Notes under the pieces: model-generated
The model's input: the letters and a program-made list of their open reading frames with translations, nothing else
Told to the model about the DNA's origin: nothing
Database searches by the model: none
Translations under genes and position numbers: made by a program
Shown: positions 36,389 to 51,300 of the stretch, one piece after another
Position numbering within the stretch: position 1 is the first letter of the stretch
Layout: each line of letters opens with the position of its first letter
Origin: Antedon mediterranea
Lineage: Eukaryota; Animalia; Echinodermata
DNA length: 64,000 bases
Reading direction: 5' to 3'
Assembly: GCF_964355755.1 (NCBI RefSeq)
Contig: NC_092671.1
Coordinates: 39,256,304-39,320,303 of the forward strand

Positions 36389-39300
36389 CAAAGAGCTGCA
36401 TAGGCAGGATATAGAAAAAAATCAAGATCAAATAAGTTAAAACTGCCTCAATATAGATTTATTTTAACGACATGTTTCGGGCATAGCCCATCATCAGGTG
36501 AAAAGAATTGTATATATATATATATATATACACACAGTAGGCAAAGAACATTAATTCTAAACCGCCCGGTGATATACTGAAATTTTAATTAATTAATTTG
36601 AAACGATAAAGATGAGGAAATCTGTGAGAATTAGAAAAAGTCGCCCCAACCGAGACTCAAACTCGGACCGTCTGTATATATATAATGTGTACTAGTGAGT
36701 TAAGGAGGTGTGGGGGTAACTCTTTTAGAACACGTTTAGATTGGTATTAAACAACTGGAATTAAACACCTGGAATTAAACACCTAGAATTAAACATCTGG
36801 AACTAAACACCTGGAATTAAACACCTGGAATTAAACACCTGGAAGTAAACACATGGTATCAAACACCTGGTCTTAAACACCCAAAAGTATCAGACAGGTT
36901 TCAACCCTTTTCTCGGCTGCCCAAGCCTGACATCAACTCCCTGGTTATTTCAATACACGTTAATAAATAATGATTAAACTAATGAAAAGCCTAGGATTGT
37001 GGTCTCACATAAAATTGCACAGTTTTAATTGAATTTGATAAAATTGTGTGAAACTATTTGCAAAATCAATATAAGCCACACTCTAGATATGCAATAATGT
37101 TCTCTGCTGTACAACATATATTATTAAGATTATAGGAATAATTAAATGCAATTTATAAAGTGTAACCTTTTAACAAGCGATTCACAGCTTCATTTCGCAA
37201 AACATTAGTGTGTAGCCTTATGTAATGATTACTGTAGGTAATATGTTAGCATAAATAATAGGTCTAGAATACTGTATATGGGTATACAGTAGGTATAGGT
37301 ATATAGTGTAGGTAATATACTGTAGCATAAATAATAGGTCTAGAATACTGTATAGGTATACAGTAGATATAGGTATATAGTGTAATAGCATTTGTATTTA
37401 TCATGAAAAGAATGCTTTATATTGTTTTAAATAATGAGGCCCGTTTTTCCTAAAGCTCTGTCCACACTATTAAACTAGTTTGACAAAAAAGTGTGATGGG
37501 TCCAAACTAGTAGAAAGAGCTACAGTACTTCTTTGTATGTTTCATTCTGTGTAAGAGATGGGTTTCCCACTGTTGGATGTGATTGTGAATGAAATAAAAA
37601 AAAAATAAGTTAAAATTGAGGACTATACCATATGTGGAGAGGATGTTCAATGAAAATTTATACTTTTCGAGCTATATCTCGCTCTTTGAGGAGAAAGGGC
37701 TATTATCGGTTTATCCAGGTAAGCTAGGCACGACATAGACTGAAGAATTTAAAAATATAATTAAATTGTTCTAATTTTAAGCTGAAACAAGTTTTCTTCT
37801 GTTGAGACATTATATTAAGCAGTTTACAGTTTGTTGTTTTCCTTTCTTTGGTATATACATATTTTATTATAATTATAGTTTCATAAACACAAATTATTCA
37901 TCAATAATTAAAACACAGTGTTATGATCTGATTCACAGAATACACACTAAGAAATAATTAAGTATAGATAATGGCACATGATCAGCATGTCATTCATGCA
38001 TTATGTTTTTAATATCTACTCTTCTTAAGATGTTTTACATTTACTTGTAGTTCTCAGCTTGCTACAATATTGATTGAGATTTATCAGGATTTCCTTTCTT
38101 TACTTAAAAAGTGGATCGTCTCATAAGAAAACATATTACTGCTTTTCCTAAATTACTATACAATGCATTAGTTCAAATTTTATTGCTTTTATTAATGCAG
38201 TCTGAACGTTGAAATGATTTAACTGCGATGGTTAGAGAGAACTGAAGACAAACTAGCAGACATATGAAATAAATAGTCAGTGAATGGTTTTGTTAAAAAC
38301 TATTGATATTGTAAAAATAATTGTAAAAATTGAAGTTTACAGTATGCATGTTTTTGTTTTAGATATAGATATACGGTATCCTATAATTGGTTATATTGTT
38401 GTAATAGTCAGTGAATGGTTTTGTTAAAAACTATTGCTAATAATATTTAAAAATGTTTAAAATGTTTTTGTTTAGATATATTTTATTATAGTATACAGTA
38501 TCCTGTAATTTTTGATATCGATAAATAAAATGGAATAACTCAAAATTATCATATCAAAGATGTGTCCACACTATCAAACTTTGTGAGACAAAAAATGTGA
38601 TGTGCCAATATATGGATATAATGATGTCATATCACTACCATATTTAGGCATATCATTACCATATTTGGGCACATCACACTTTTTTGTCAAACTAGTTTGA
38701 TAGTGTAGAAGCTTTGTCTACACTGTCAAACTTTATTTGACAAAAACATGTGATGTGCCCATATATGGACATGATGATGTCATATTTGGGTATATCAATA
38801 ACCATATTTGTGCATACAGTATTAGTGCAGCAGACCGAGATTAAGAGAAGTGGCCATAAAATCCAGTATATATGCTGATATTTAATTATTTAATATATAT
38901 ATAACTCTTTTGTAATAGAAGCCATCAAGGTAAAAAACAATTTCAATTTTCATTACTGTCTAAATACTACATTACATATTGCATGCAAAGCTCTCAATTT
39001 CTGTCAGTTTAAAGTATCAACCTTCACATTCACTATGCGACTAGCAATTGGCTATTAACATTAATGTAAATGTATGTAGTGTTTTCACATGTTTAACACT
39101 TCACACTTCAATTATGACATCATCGATCATTTCAATAAAGACCATCTAAATTAAGCAACAACATTATTAGATAACATTAAGAATGATTTGAAAGATAAAT
39201 ACAGTCAATAAATATAAAGTACACAGAATAGACCGTAAAGAGTAAATATCTATTTATTCCAATAAATAGCTCGCTTTGAATAAACGCCTTCCTCGAATAA

Positions 39301-42300
39301 ACATTATTTTGACTTAAAATCTTTTGTCTGATATGCAGAAATCCTACAACTATAGGAAGTGACACCTAGCAAAGAAAAAAATGTGTTTGCATCATCCACA
39401 CTTGTGCATATTTCAGCCCAGTAGAATGCAACACACAGGTTATCCCTCACATTTACCTGCCACCAACCATACCCTGTGACTTACATTGTAACACTTTTCA
39501 CATTGAGGTAGACAAGAAAGACACAAACATTATTTACTAATGTTAACTAATTGACTACTTACTCAACATCATTGAGATTCAAAATCAAATACTGGTATAA
39601 AATAAATTATGTAAAAATACATTCAATCTGATTCTTAATTTTGATTTTTTTAGAAAATTATTAAATTTCTATGCAGTGTACACAGACATTTTTTAATTAG
39701 ATTGGATATCAACGAATACGTAATTACTATCAAAATTGTAGTTCTCACATGTTAACTTAGAGAGTAAATATTAGTATGTGCAGGAGTACTAAAAGTGTCA
39801 ATGCAGTATTATTAGAAGTATGGAGTGCAAACACTTTTGTGATGTGCCCAAATATGGTATTGATATGCCCAAATATTATAGTGATATGCCCAAATATTAT
39901 AGTGATATGACATCATCATGTCCATACAGTATATGGGCACATCACATTTTTTTTGTCACATAAAGTTTGATAGTGTAGACAGAGTCTTATGTTGTGACAT
40001 TGTCATCAGAATGAATCTTGTTGTCGTTGGTAGTACCTGGAATATAAACTCTACTCCCCTGTGGTGTGAACTAATTTTGAGCTTAGAAAACTACAAAATA
40101 TATGGCCATTATTACAAAAATACTTCTGTGGATTTTGTTTAAAATAGCCTACAATTGTAATACCATGACGTCAAACCGAAAAAAAATAATATTAATTACA
40201 AACGAATGATAATTATTTGCAACTGCAATTAATCTTGTTTTGCGCATTTTTATCTGGTTTAATTTGTAGATGAGGAGACAGAGGTCTGAAGGTATATTGC
40301 GTTAATGGCTCATTCTAAGCTGCTAAACAACTACAATTCTTTACAACTATCTTTTATATTTCCATAATAATTAGCTTCCCCTTTTCTATACTAAGAGAAT
40401 TTGTGTCTAGTTGATTTAAACAGACATTTATAATATAGTTTTTATAAGCATTGTGGAGCACTGTGGCGCAGTGGTTAGAGTATTGGATTTTCAATCAAGA
40501 GGTTGCCGGTTCAAGCCCCGGCTTGGTCACTGCAGTGTTGAGTCCTTGAGCAAGATTCTTTATCCACATTGTTCCTCCCCACCCAGGTGATACAAATGGG
40601 TACCGGTATGTAAAAAGTACTGGGAAGGTAAATCAGACTCGTTTGTGCGGGAGGAGTGGCGTAGCCCACAAACATACACACTTAAGTGGAGTCAAACGCT
40701 AAAGAAATGGAGATGGGAACCACGGCCGTTAGCATTAGCTTAGGTTTCGACTTTACCTTACCTTTTATAAGCATTCCCAAGGTTTACTTATTAGCTCTGT
40801 CTACACTATCAAACTTGCTTGACTAAAAAGTGTGATGAGCCCAAATATGGTAGTGATATGCCCACATACTGTATGGTAGTGATATGACATCATCATGTCC
40901 ATATATGGGCACATCAGATTTGTTCACATCCATACAATTTGATAGTGTAGACTGAGCTTTATAGTAGTCACTTTCTGATTAAACAACAGAAAGATCACAA
41001 AGCAAAATAAAAATGAAAGCTGCTCATGCTCACAACTGAAACTGCAATGTAATAACTTCTGCAACTACACCAAATTTTAAAAGTTGGTAGATTCATGGAA
41101 CAACCCTGACTATCAAGTGAGGGCGTATGGCGCAGTTTGTTGGACGTTGGACTACTGATCGTGAGATTGTGGTTCGAATCCAACGCCGCATTGCTTGTAG
41201 CCTTAAGCAAGATACTTTACTTACGTTTGCCTCTCTCCAGCCAGGTGTATAAATGGGTACCTGGTTAGATCAAGACACAACTTTGCGCTGATTACTAGCT
41301 GCATTATGGGAGTTAGTTTCCATACGTTTTTTACGACTGGGGTAATAATGTTTAGTGCTTAGAGGTTTCACAACAATAGCTATATAAATCCAGGATATTA
41401 TTATTATATTATTATCAGCTAGTAGCATGAACACAAAAATCATTGTTATTTGTTTGCACTTTGACCTCAATACCTCAATTGGTACAGGCCAAACAAAATC
41501 TTAAATAAATACTTTTCCATATTGCGCAGACTTAATCCATTACCAAGCAACAATACAAGAAATACAGTACTATGCATTAAACTGAAAACTGATATACAAT
41601 GCCGTGTTCAAGAAATAGGATATATATATGATAGAATATAAAAAGTGACAGGTAAATGCATGTAATGACAATGCATAGTGCTAGTTAACTAGATGATATC
41701 TTGGTTATGAGCTTTTGTCCTAATTTGCATCATCATCATCATCAGCCAGCTTTCCATTGATGAATGCTAACGGCATAAAGTCAAGCAGTATTCAGAAATA
41801 TGCCAAATCAACATCCTATACAGTATGCTATTCAGTATTAACTGTATATTCACTTAGTCTGACAAAAAAAGTTGTGTTCCAAATATGGTAGTGATATGAC
41901 ATCATTATTTCCATATATGGGTACAATCACATTGTTTTGTCTCACAAAGTTTGATAGTGTAGACAGAGCTTTGATCTAAGTGACAATAGTTTCTTTAAAT
42001 CAAGTGATTCTAGTATTCGTCAACTCTACTATATGAGATGGCAATGTTTATTGTTTTGTTTTAAACTAATTGCTTAATATTAATTTATATCAATTTTAGT
42101 TTTTGTATCACAATCATCATTGTATCTGCTGTGACCTGACTTTTATGCAATTTGTAATTTGTTATTTATAGCAAAATTAAACTAGTCAGAACTAATATTT
42201 CGTTTACTTCTTAGAAAACGTAATATCATCATACTCATTAGGTTTATATAAACAAAGCTGGGATGCATCTTGGTTTGTTTCTTATGAATAAATCATTTGT

Positions 42301-45300
42301 TATTAGTGAAGTGATTTATGCATAAATTTGTTTTCTTAGTGTTAGGCCTACTGCTATACTAACACACTAGAATCTAACTATACCTGTTTCTGGTATTCTG
42401 TAGATCTTTCCCTGTGGTGTATGCCTTCTACACTATGTTATTACTACTAGCTAATTGTATTTGTTCAACCTGATCTAGAAGTATTTATTTCTTCTTAAGT
42501 AACTAACCTAATTTATCAACTTCATCAAGAAATGAAAAATGGTTTTGCACTATGAAACAAATTTTACAGATAAATATTTAAACAAAAAATAAACAAAAAA
42601 ATAAATAGTATATATTGTGCTTTTTAAAACTTTTGTAAAAAACTGATTTTGCACATTTCTAGATCAGATTTAAAGAACAGAAAAACAAATGTATGTAACA
42701 ATGTATTATGTTTTTTGATTTACATTTTAAAATTTGATTTAATGTGTTAACTAGTTTTAATATCATCACTGTATAAGGTTTGGAAGAACATGTTTGGGTT
42801 CTTAGTTTTCAGAGAAAATATGAATAGAAATGAAAGAACACTGAATAAGACGAAGGAACTGTAATGTAATATTGTAAATTAATTAAAATACTATTATACA
42901 TATTATAAATTAATAATTTGTATCATTAAAAATGAAAGTTTATACATACTAGTGAAATGTGTCGAAAATTCAAGGTATGTGGAATATGTGCTGAAAGTTT
43001 GTTTAACAACACAATTTGTATCATTCTTAGTACAGAATACAAAGTTTTATTACGTCCAAAAAAAAGGAAATTTGTTTAATTGACAAGCTCAAACAATTAC
43101 CGTACTGATGCGGGTATAAGCCCATACTCGGGTATAAGCCCACCCCCGACTTTTGACTAATTTTCATGAAAAATGAGGCACTCGGGTATAAGCCCACCCA
43201 ATAATTCGAAGATCTACAGTGTGTGTCGTAATACATTATTTTGTATTTGGCGACGCCTTTGATCATAACCAAGCTAGGCTAATATACGCTAGGCCATACG
43301 AGGCCTAGCGGTCCGGTCTTGTTTATACTCCATCGCGGTCGAAGATCGCTTCACACACGACGCTATAAGTCGCCAAAACGGAAAACCACTATTTGGTATC
43401 AGCTGCCATAAACAAGCTTATTAAATTTCTTTGGTAAATTTCTATTTAACGAACATTGTATACTTGCTTTTCGGCTTGATAAATTCTTGTTCAATTGATG
43501 TTTAAAATAAGATATTCTACGATAAATTACACAAACTATATAAGCTTAATTTTCCGACACTCTACACCTCGTGTATTTAGAGGCAACGTCGTACACGTGA
43601 GGGCGCTCGCTCGCATGGTGGAATACACAGTGTACATGTGCTGTTTTTGACGATCTGCATTTTTGGATCCTCGGGTATAAGCCCACCCCCCAAACTTGAC
43701 GTGATTTCTGGTCAAGGGGGGTGGGCTTACACCCGCGTCAGTACGGTATAAATATAAAAAGTCAGGAATACAAAAAACAAGTGTATCTTATTAAAATATG
43801 AATAAACATCGAACATAGACAAAAATATAAAAAATCATTAATATATAGAAAACATAAATAATAAATACATATAGCACAGTACAGTAGTACATTTTATATA
43901 GCACAGTACAGTAGTACATTTTATATAGCACAGTACAGTAGTACATTTTATATAGCACAGTACAGTAGTACATTTTATATAGCACAGTACAGTAGTACAT
44001 TTTATATAGCACAGTACAGTAGTACATTTTATATAGCACAGTACAGTAGTACATTTTATATAGCACAGTACAGTAGTACATTTTATATAGCACAGTACAG
44101 TAGTACATTTTATATAGCACAGTACAGTAGTACATTTTATATAGCACAGTACAGTAGTACATTTTATATAGCACAGTACAGTAGTACATTTCATATAGCA
44201 AAGTACAGTAGTACATTTTTTATAGTATTGAGTGGCACTGATGAATGATGTACAATGTGTCAATTCACATTACCATTATTAATGTATTGTATAATAATAA
44301 ATGTCTGCAAAGTGCAAAAATAATCACAATCTGTTTTAATTTGAAAATTAGCCATAAATACCAGTTGTACTATAAGATAGACACGCTGACATATTAACCT
44401 TTACCATTTAAATACCAGTTTGTTTTTAGTTTACTCTGCGTAAAAATAGCAGTCAAAGGATAAAACAAAAGCATTAAAAACAATAATTATACAAAAAGAG
44501 CGGATTTTATACCGGTTGTAAGATGCACATCTCGTAAATATAATCTGGGTTTAATATCCTGAGTGGCATTTTCATTATTTTGATGAGAACGGTGTTTTTA
44601 GAACTTAAGGTTGATGGTGTTTTGTGATGCTTTGCGTTCATTACAGTAATTGCATTGATGATGGTAGCAGCGCACTCATGAGCTGTGTTAGATATTAGTT
44701 GTTTGCTGAAATCATTGCCCACAGGTCATAAAAAGAAATTTCATTTCTTATTACCTTAATTTGATGTTTATTTTTAGGTTATGATTATTACTTCAATTTA
44801 TATTTTGTTAAAGTACCTTCGCTTACAAGATCATATTTCTATATTTTTACAATCTTTTTTTACAATCGCATTTTAACTGTTTTTGGCTGCCATAATTTCA
44901 TCCAACAGTAAAAGATTTTTATGAAAATAAATTTTATAGAAAACAGTTGTGCTTTAATAGACTGAAATACCATAAAATGCAATAAAACTAAATACATTCT
45001 TTAAAGCTTTAGTTTTTTATGTGTTCTAAACTATTGGATAGTTCAATTAAACTTTCTAATAAAAAAAATATGGTATATATTTGATTAATATTTTTATTAA
45101 ATCAATATTGAAAAGAAATTAATAGTCATGAATCTGGTGCAATAAAGTATTATTGAATAATAAAAACAAGAATGCTTGTCATCACTTTGTTCTAGATTAT
45201 TAATTTATTGGACATAAATAGAAAAACAGATGATTCAAAATTGCAACAAACGCTTTCTTTTACACACAATATTTCTACTTTCGCTATATATCTATAAAAT

Positions 45301-48300
45301 GTTCATGAGTTGAAAGATGTTTATAACGGTATGTTGTACCATACCCTTCATTGTAAGCCAATTCAATATTTATCAGTATTAGAATCACCTTTGTTTTCAT
45401 ATAATCCCACCAATTACTTTTCACCAAATTTTCTTTCTTTCTTTTACAAGTTATGTGAAATAAGCGCTTAATTTCACCCATGCCTCGGGTTATAAATTGA
45501 GCGTTGTTCGTACTTGAAATACTTAACCGCTTAAATGCTTAATCGACGAATCACAAACCGGAAATTACGTTTTAAGGTCAGTTGTCTTTACAACCTACGA
45601 CCCCATTTTCGCACGCTAGTTTCGTGTTGTATATTTTTTACTCGCGATCTTTCTTTACAATAACAATTACTTGCTACCTTTTACACTGCTTATCCTTGCG
45701 ACAAACCTTATGCCTCTTAACGCCGATAATCCTGCCGAAATATGCCTTCTCCTGATGACCATTATTTTACTCATTGACGAAGAATTTGAGCCCAATGTTA
45801 CACGACGGAAACACCACCGACCAGCTAGGCCTACTACTAAGCGGTCTACACCAACAAGGACAGCACCAGCTGACGATCGCTCTCGAAGCGTGTATGGAAG
45901 AGCTTCGTAGGAGAAATGACGGGCCTAGGCAGCGAACGTTTGTCAAAATTTGACACATTGCCTCTATCGGAGATTTATTATCCTCAAAGGCCGAGTATAA
46001 TTGGATTATCGCTGAAATAACCTGCAAATTTGGTGAACATTTTGCCTCGAATTTGTTGTAGCCTGAGGCAAAAGTTAATTGGATCACGCGAACGGAAATC
46101 GGGAATAAGCTGGTATTTTCAACCCCTACGAACAGGCCCAATGATAACAGGTATCATAGTAATAAACAATAAGGTAATCAAACTAATTTAAAATTATTTT
46201 TTCAGGAGGAAAATATATCTTTAAAAAAGAAATATGTTTACAATACAATTTTAATTTGGTTTATTATAAATATGTATCAAGAAGTTGTTTTTTTCTTTCC
46301 AGTTGCGTATTAACCAATTTTTTATTTTCGTTTCTTACTTGTTCTGTCAATAAAAAAGAATTGTTTAATCCTCAAAATAATAATAATACTACTTACGTCA
46401 GGTCCTTGCTCGTTGACTAGCAATACCGAACATCGTTCGCATTTTAATAAGGATTGCGCCCTCTGCATAATCTTCTGTACAACATTATCCAAAGATGTCT
46501 GTTCCTCGAAGAGGTCATGGGTCACCTCCAACAGTTTCTATGCAGAATATAATAAAGAATCAGTAAAAACTTAAAGTTGCTACATTCCAAAAAAAAAATT
46601 AATTTAAATATCACTAAAATGATCATGATATTCTTGGTGTTGTTTAACAAAAAATTCATATGTATTTTTTTTTAAATAACTTTTAGAAATTGATTTACTT
46701 TTTAATCGTGAAAAAAATAGAAGATTGTATCTTACACGATTGCGGTCAAATTCCTTCCTGTAATTGTCAAAAACTTGTGCATTTGAGATTCCAATTCCGC
46801 AAAATGTTAAGTAGGTAACCAATAGCTGTGAAGTAAGTACTTATATGTTAAGTAGGTAACCAATAGTCTGTAAATTGATGCAAGTACAGTACATTTAATT
46901 AGCCATCAATTAAAATATTTAAAATTATTAAACATGACTTTAAACTTTCTTATAAATACTTTAACCATCCATATACTAATCAACTTCTCAAAGAGACTTA
47001 AGCTCTGTCTACACTATAAACTAGTTTGAAAAAAATGTGATGTGTCCAAATATGGTAGTGATATGACATCCTCATGTCCATATATGGACACATCACATTT
47101 TTTTGTCACATAAAGTTTGATAGTGTAGACAGAGCTAAGTAGAGGAAATGACTTAATTGTTTACAACATAGTCTATCATTATTCTGGTACGGTATGTGTG
47201 ACTTCAACCTACGAGCATGTACCGTACTTGGTTAAGTGCGTTAATCATCTACAGAACCACTACTGAAAACATTCATAAGAAACTTTTTATATATCCAACA
47301 TAATAAGTTAAATTTGGCACAAAGCCAGCAAAATGCAAAGGTTTACGATATTCAAATAAATGAAAGGTTTAGAAAAACCATTAAAGCAATAATTATCACC
47401 GCAAAATAGGATAATAAATAATGTTATCTTGTCAAAGCAAACCTAGCCATTGAAATCTAGAAACAAAATCTGATTTTAACTTGAATACACGATTAGTTGA
47501 GATATTCTACACAGCTCGCTTTACTAATTTAGACACACGGAAAAAGGCGTTTAAACACGTCGAGGGAAATACATTACGTGCAAGTACGTGTTCTGAAAAC
47601 ATGTTATTAAATGTCAAAGGTCACATGTTTGGTTGAAATTATCCAGGTAAGGATTCTTGAGTGTCTTGAAAACATTTTTAAGTAGCATAATTAGAAATTG
47701 GAATGAAGAAGTAAGATTAATTACAGATGATGACAGGTTGTAATTGGTAAAGAATGGCTAAAGGAGCAAAGTAGTTTACTTTTAAAGACAGAATCAGACA
47801 ATAATATATCATTTACAAATTTATTAAGATAATTAAACTGTAATAGAACATTTTACATTGATACTACTACTAATGCTAAATGTGTGTATGGAAAGGTTGA
47901 AGAACTCCTTTGCACTAGACACAGATTATAAAACATTTTTTCCGATTGTGTATTAAACTATTATTGATGATTATGACATGTACTGCTAATTCTTTACTGG
48001 TCTACTATTTAAGCTTGGTTCCCACTAGAACGTAACGCAAGGACGTAAACGCAACGCAAGAAGCGTTTTAACCAATGAAAAGCGAAGTTATAGACAGTTA
48101 GCAATCACAAGCGAATAAGCCATCGCTTGTGATTGGTCAATTCACTTGTGTTGCGTTACGTCCTTGCGTTGCGTCGCTAGTGGGAACCACGCTTTAAAGT
48201 GGAAAGTATTCTTCTAAAAACAAGATATTCAACATGCGATTCTGGTCTTTGCTTTATATTCATGTTATAATCCATCAATGTCTTGCCAGTGATACCATGT

Positions 48301-51300
48301 CAGTGTGACATTTTGTGAGAATAACATTTTGTGAGAGTGACATTTTATCAGTGACATATTGTGAGTGACATTTTGTGAGAGTGAATTTTCGCGAGAGTGA
48401 CATTTTGTGAGAGTTTTTTGTGTCAGTGAAATAGTTGACATTGTGTAAGAGTGACATCTTGTGAGTGACATTGAGTGACATTTTGTGAGAATTTCATTTT
48501 ATCAGAGTGACATTTTGTGAGAGTTACATTTGATCAGAATGACATTTTATCAGAGCAACATTTTGTGAGAATGACATTTTAAATATCAGAACGGCATTTT
48601 GTGAGAGTGATATTTTATCAGGGAGTGAAATCACAGCCACATCTTGTGACAACATATATTACATTGAAAATTTACTTTTTTTGCTCCTTTACTGTACAGT
48701 TTTGGATGCTAAGGTTAAACCTTTGAAATTAGAATTTATAGGCACTTAGGCATTTTAACAACCAAAACAAATTGCTTTACCTCCTCAATATGCATGACCA
48801 AGAACAAATATTCATAAATTGGGGTTTCAGAATCAGATGCGAATAATTGGTTTTGGTTAGAATCAAGAATTGCTGTCTGAAAACTGCAAACATTAATGAC
48901 AATAGTTTTATTTCTCTACTTCTGAATAAAAGATAATGTTAGCTTGGCAATTAAGTCCTACTCTATTGAAGTGAAATGCAATTATTCAGGATTTTCAGTG
49001 AATTTTTTTCTTCTAAATTAAACTATAACGGTGTCCAAAAATTTAGTTAAAATTACTGTACCTACAGATAATATTAATAGAATAAAATGAAAATAGAACA
49101 AAAATAATAATCAAAGGATTCAACAGACAAAAGATACACCCAGGGTTAATTAAGATACACCCAGGGTTCATTAAGATACACCCAGGGTTCATTAAGATAC
49201 ACCCACAGTACTTTATTAAGAAACACCCAGGGTACTTTATTAAGAAACACCCAGGGTACATTAAGATACACCCAGGGTACTTTAAGATACACCCAGGGTA
49301 CTTTATTAAGATACACCCGCAGTACTTTATTAAGATACACCCAGGGTTCATTAAGATACACCCAGGGTTCATTAAGATACACCCAGGGTACTTTAAGATA
49401 CACCTAGGGTACTTTAAGATACACCCAGGGTAAGTTAAGCCTACCAACTCCATAATGGGGACGTCTCTAATTAACGCTATAATTGCGATCACTTCTGATC
49501 ACGTATACCATGGGATTTAAGTCAATAGCGTACTGACTTTACGTAATTAAAGTTTACTTAGAATCAATTATAATAAATATTATAGAATGATACTAGTTAA
49601 TTACAGGGTAATTATAGTATATAATACTGTAGTATACAAATAATTAATGTTTATAATTACTGTATAGATTACTTCCACATTATTCAATTCAAGAGACGCT
49701 AGCAGCAGGGTTGAATACTCTCTCTCTCTCTTTAAATGTTTTCCGTCATTCTGACATTACGCTTTCCACGATTTCTTTCCATATTTTTCTGTTTTGGGTA
49801 GGATGGTTTGTTATTGTGCTAAAGTCTACATTTTTTCCTTTTAAATCTTTTTTATTTGGTTTATCCAGTTTTCTTTTGGTCTTCCTTGTGGTCTTTTTAC
49901 TTTCTTCTTAGTTTCCTTCATTGTTTGTTTAATTGGCGTATCGTCCATTAGTCTAATTATGTGTCTATACCATTTAAATCTTTTTTTGTTTAATTCTTTT
50001 ACTCCATTCTTCTTGTTTTGTTATTTTTTATTTTTTCGCATTACTCAATCTGAATAAAACATATTGAAAGATGCACCCTTTTCGATCTATTTAGAAATGA
50101 TATATTATTAAGATTTTAGAAGCACAGTACAGTTATAAAATTGTCCTACACAATACAAGGTACTAAACGTACTATCTATGAAAAGACAGGAAATTTATAC
50201 AGATTTTATTAATGTTAGACAGATGCTGTTTTTTTTATATTAATATTAATCAAGAAATTCATGTAGAATTTTGAAAGTACAGTTTTAATTTTAACAACAA
50301 TTAAAAATGATTTTGTAATATCTAGAAAAATAATATTATACTTCATTCATTTTAAAATATAATACAAAAAAAAAAAAGATTCAAAAACATGTAAAAAATT
50401 AATCATTATTTGGCACACGTACTAATACATGATAAGAATCATCTCATCTCAAAATATCTCATTTTTTAATTTCACAATTCTCATGGGTTTTGTATTTCAA
50501 TCAAAGATATTATTTTAGGTATTTTATAATTAAAAAGAGAACTTTAAGTGTGTAAAATAGTATAATAAACTGTCATTGTAAACTCATCATTATTTACCTA
50601 AAAAAATGTTAGGATGGCACTTGGGTTACCCTCTCCTGGGACGCTACATCTAGAACCATAATCAATTATTAAATGTAATAACTCAAAGGAAAAAATGTCA
50701 ACACTCTTATTCAATGGAATATAATCAATATTTTAAAGTATAATAATGAATGCTATTCTCAAAGTCCCAATACACTTTTGTTTTTATAAGAATTTTGAAC
50801 GAAATTAAACAAATTGAAGGTGAAATAAAAGTAAAGCTCTGTCTACACTATCAATCTAGTTTGAAAAAAAAAGTGTGATGTGTCCAAATATGGTAGTGAT
50901 ATCACCAAATATGGTAGTGATATTACATCATCATTTCCATATACCTGTATGTGCACATCACATTTTTTTGTCACATAATGTTTGATAGTGTAGGCAGTGC
51001 TTAAGCCACGACGTTTTTCTTTCTAAGTTCAATTTGACCAAATACCATGTGTAGGAACAAGTATAGTCTATTACCAAAGTAGTACAAAAACAGTATATAC
51101 ACATTACAAGCTTTTGACAGTAGGATTTGTAAATAATTTAACTGTAAACATTAACAATAACATTCAAAGAAGTGTATAATTTATGAAATGGCAATTCATA
51201 TGAACATACCATTGTCAATGGAACAGGCTCTGTCGTTAATCTCTCTACATCCATTTTATCAAATTGCCTAAAGAGATAATGGTATTTGAACCGATGCCTT

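Noticed and set aside
43870-44225. CRISPR-like appearance of the tandem arrays
   Set aside because: The units are contiguous with no unique spacers, there are no cas genes and the context is eukaryotic.
45671-46141. Overlapping ORFs in a GC-richer patch
   Set aside because: No recognisable domain; probably the interior of a degraded transposon next to a Kolobok-like end.
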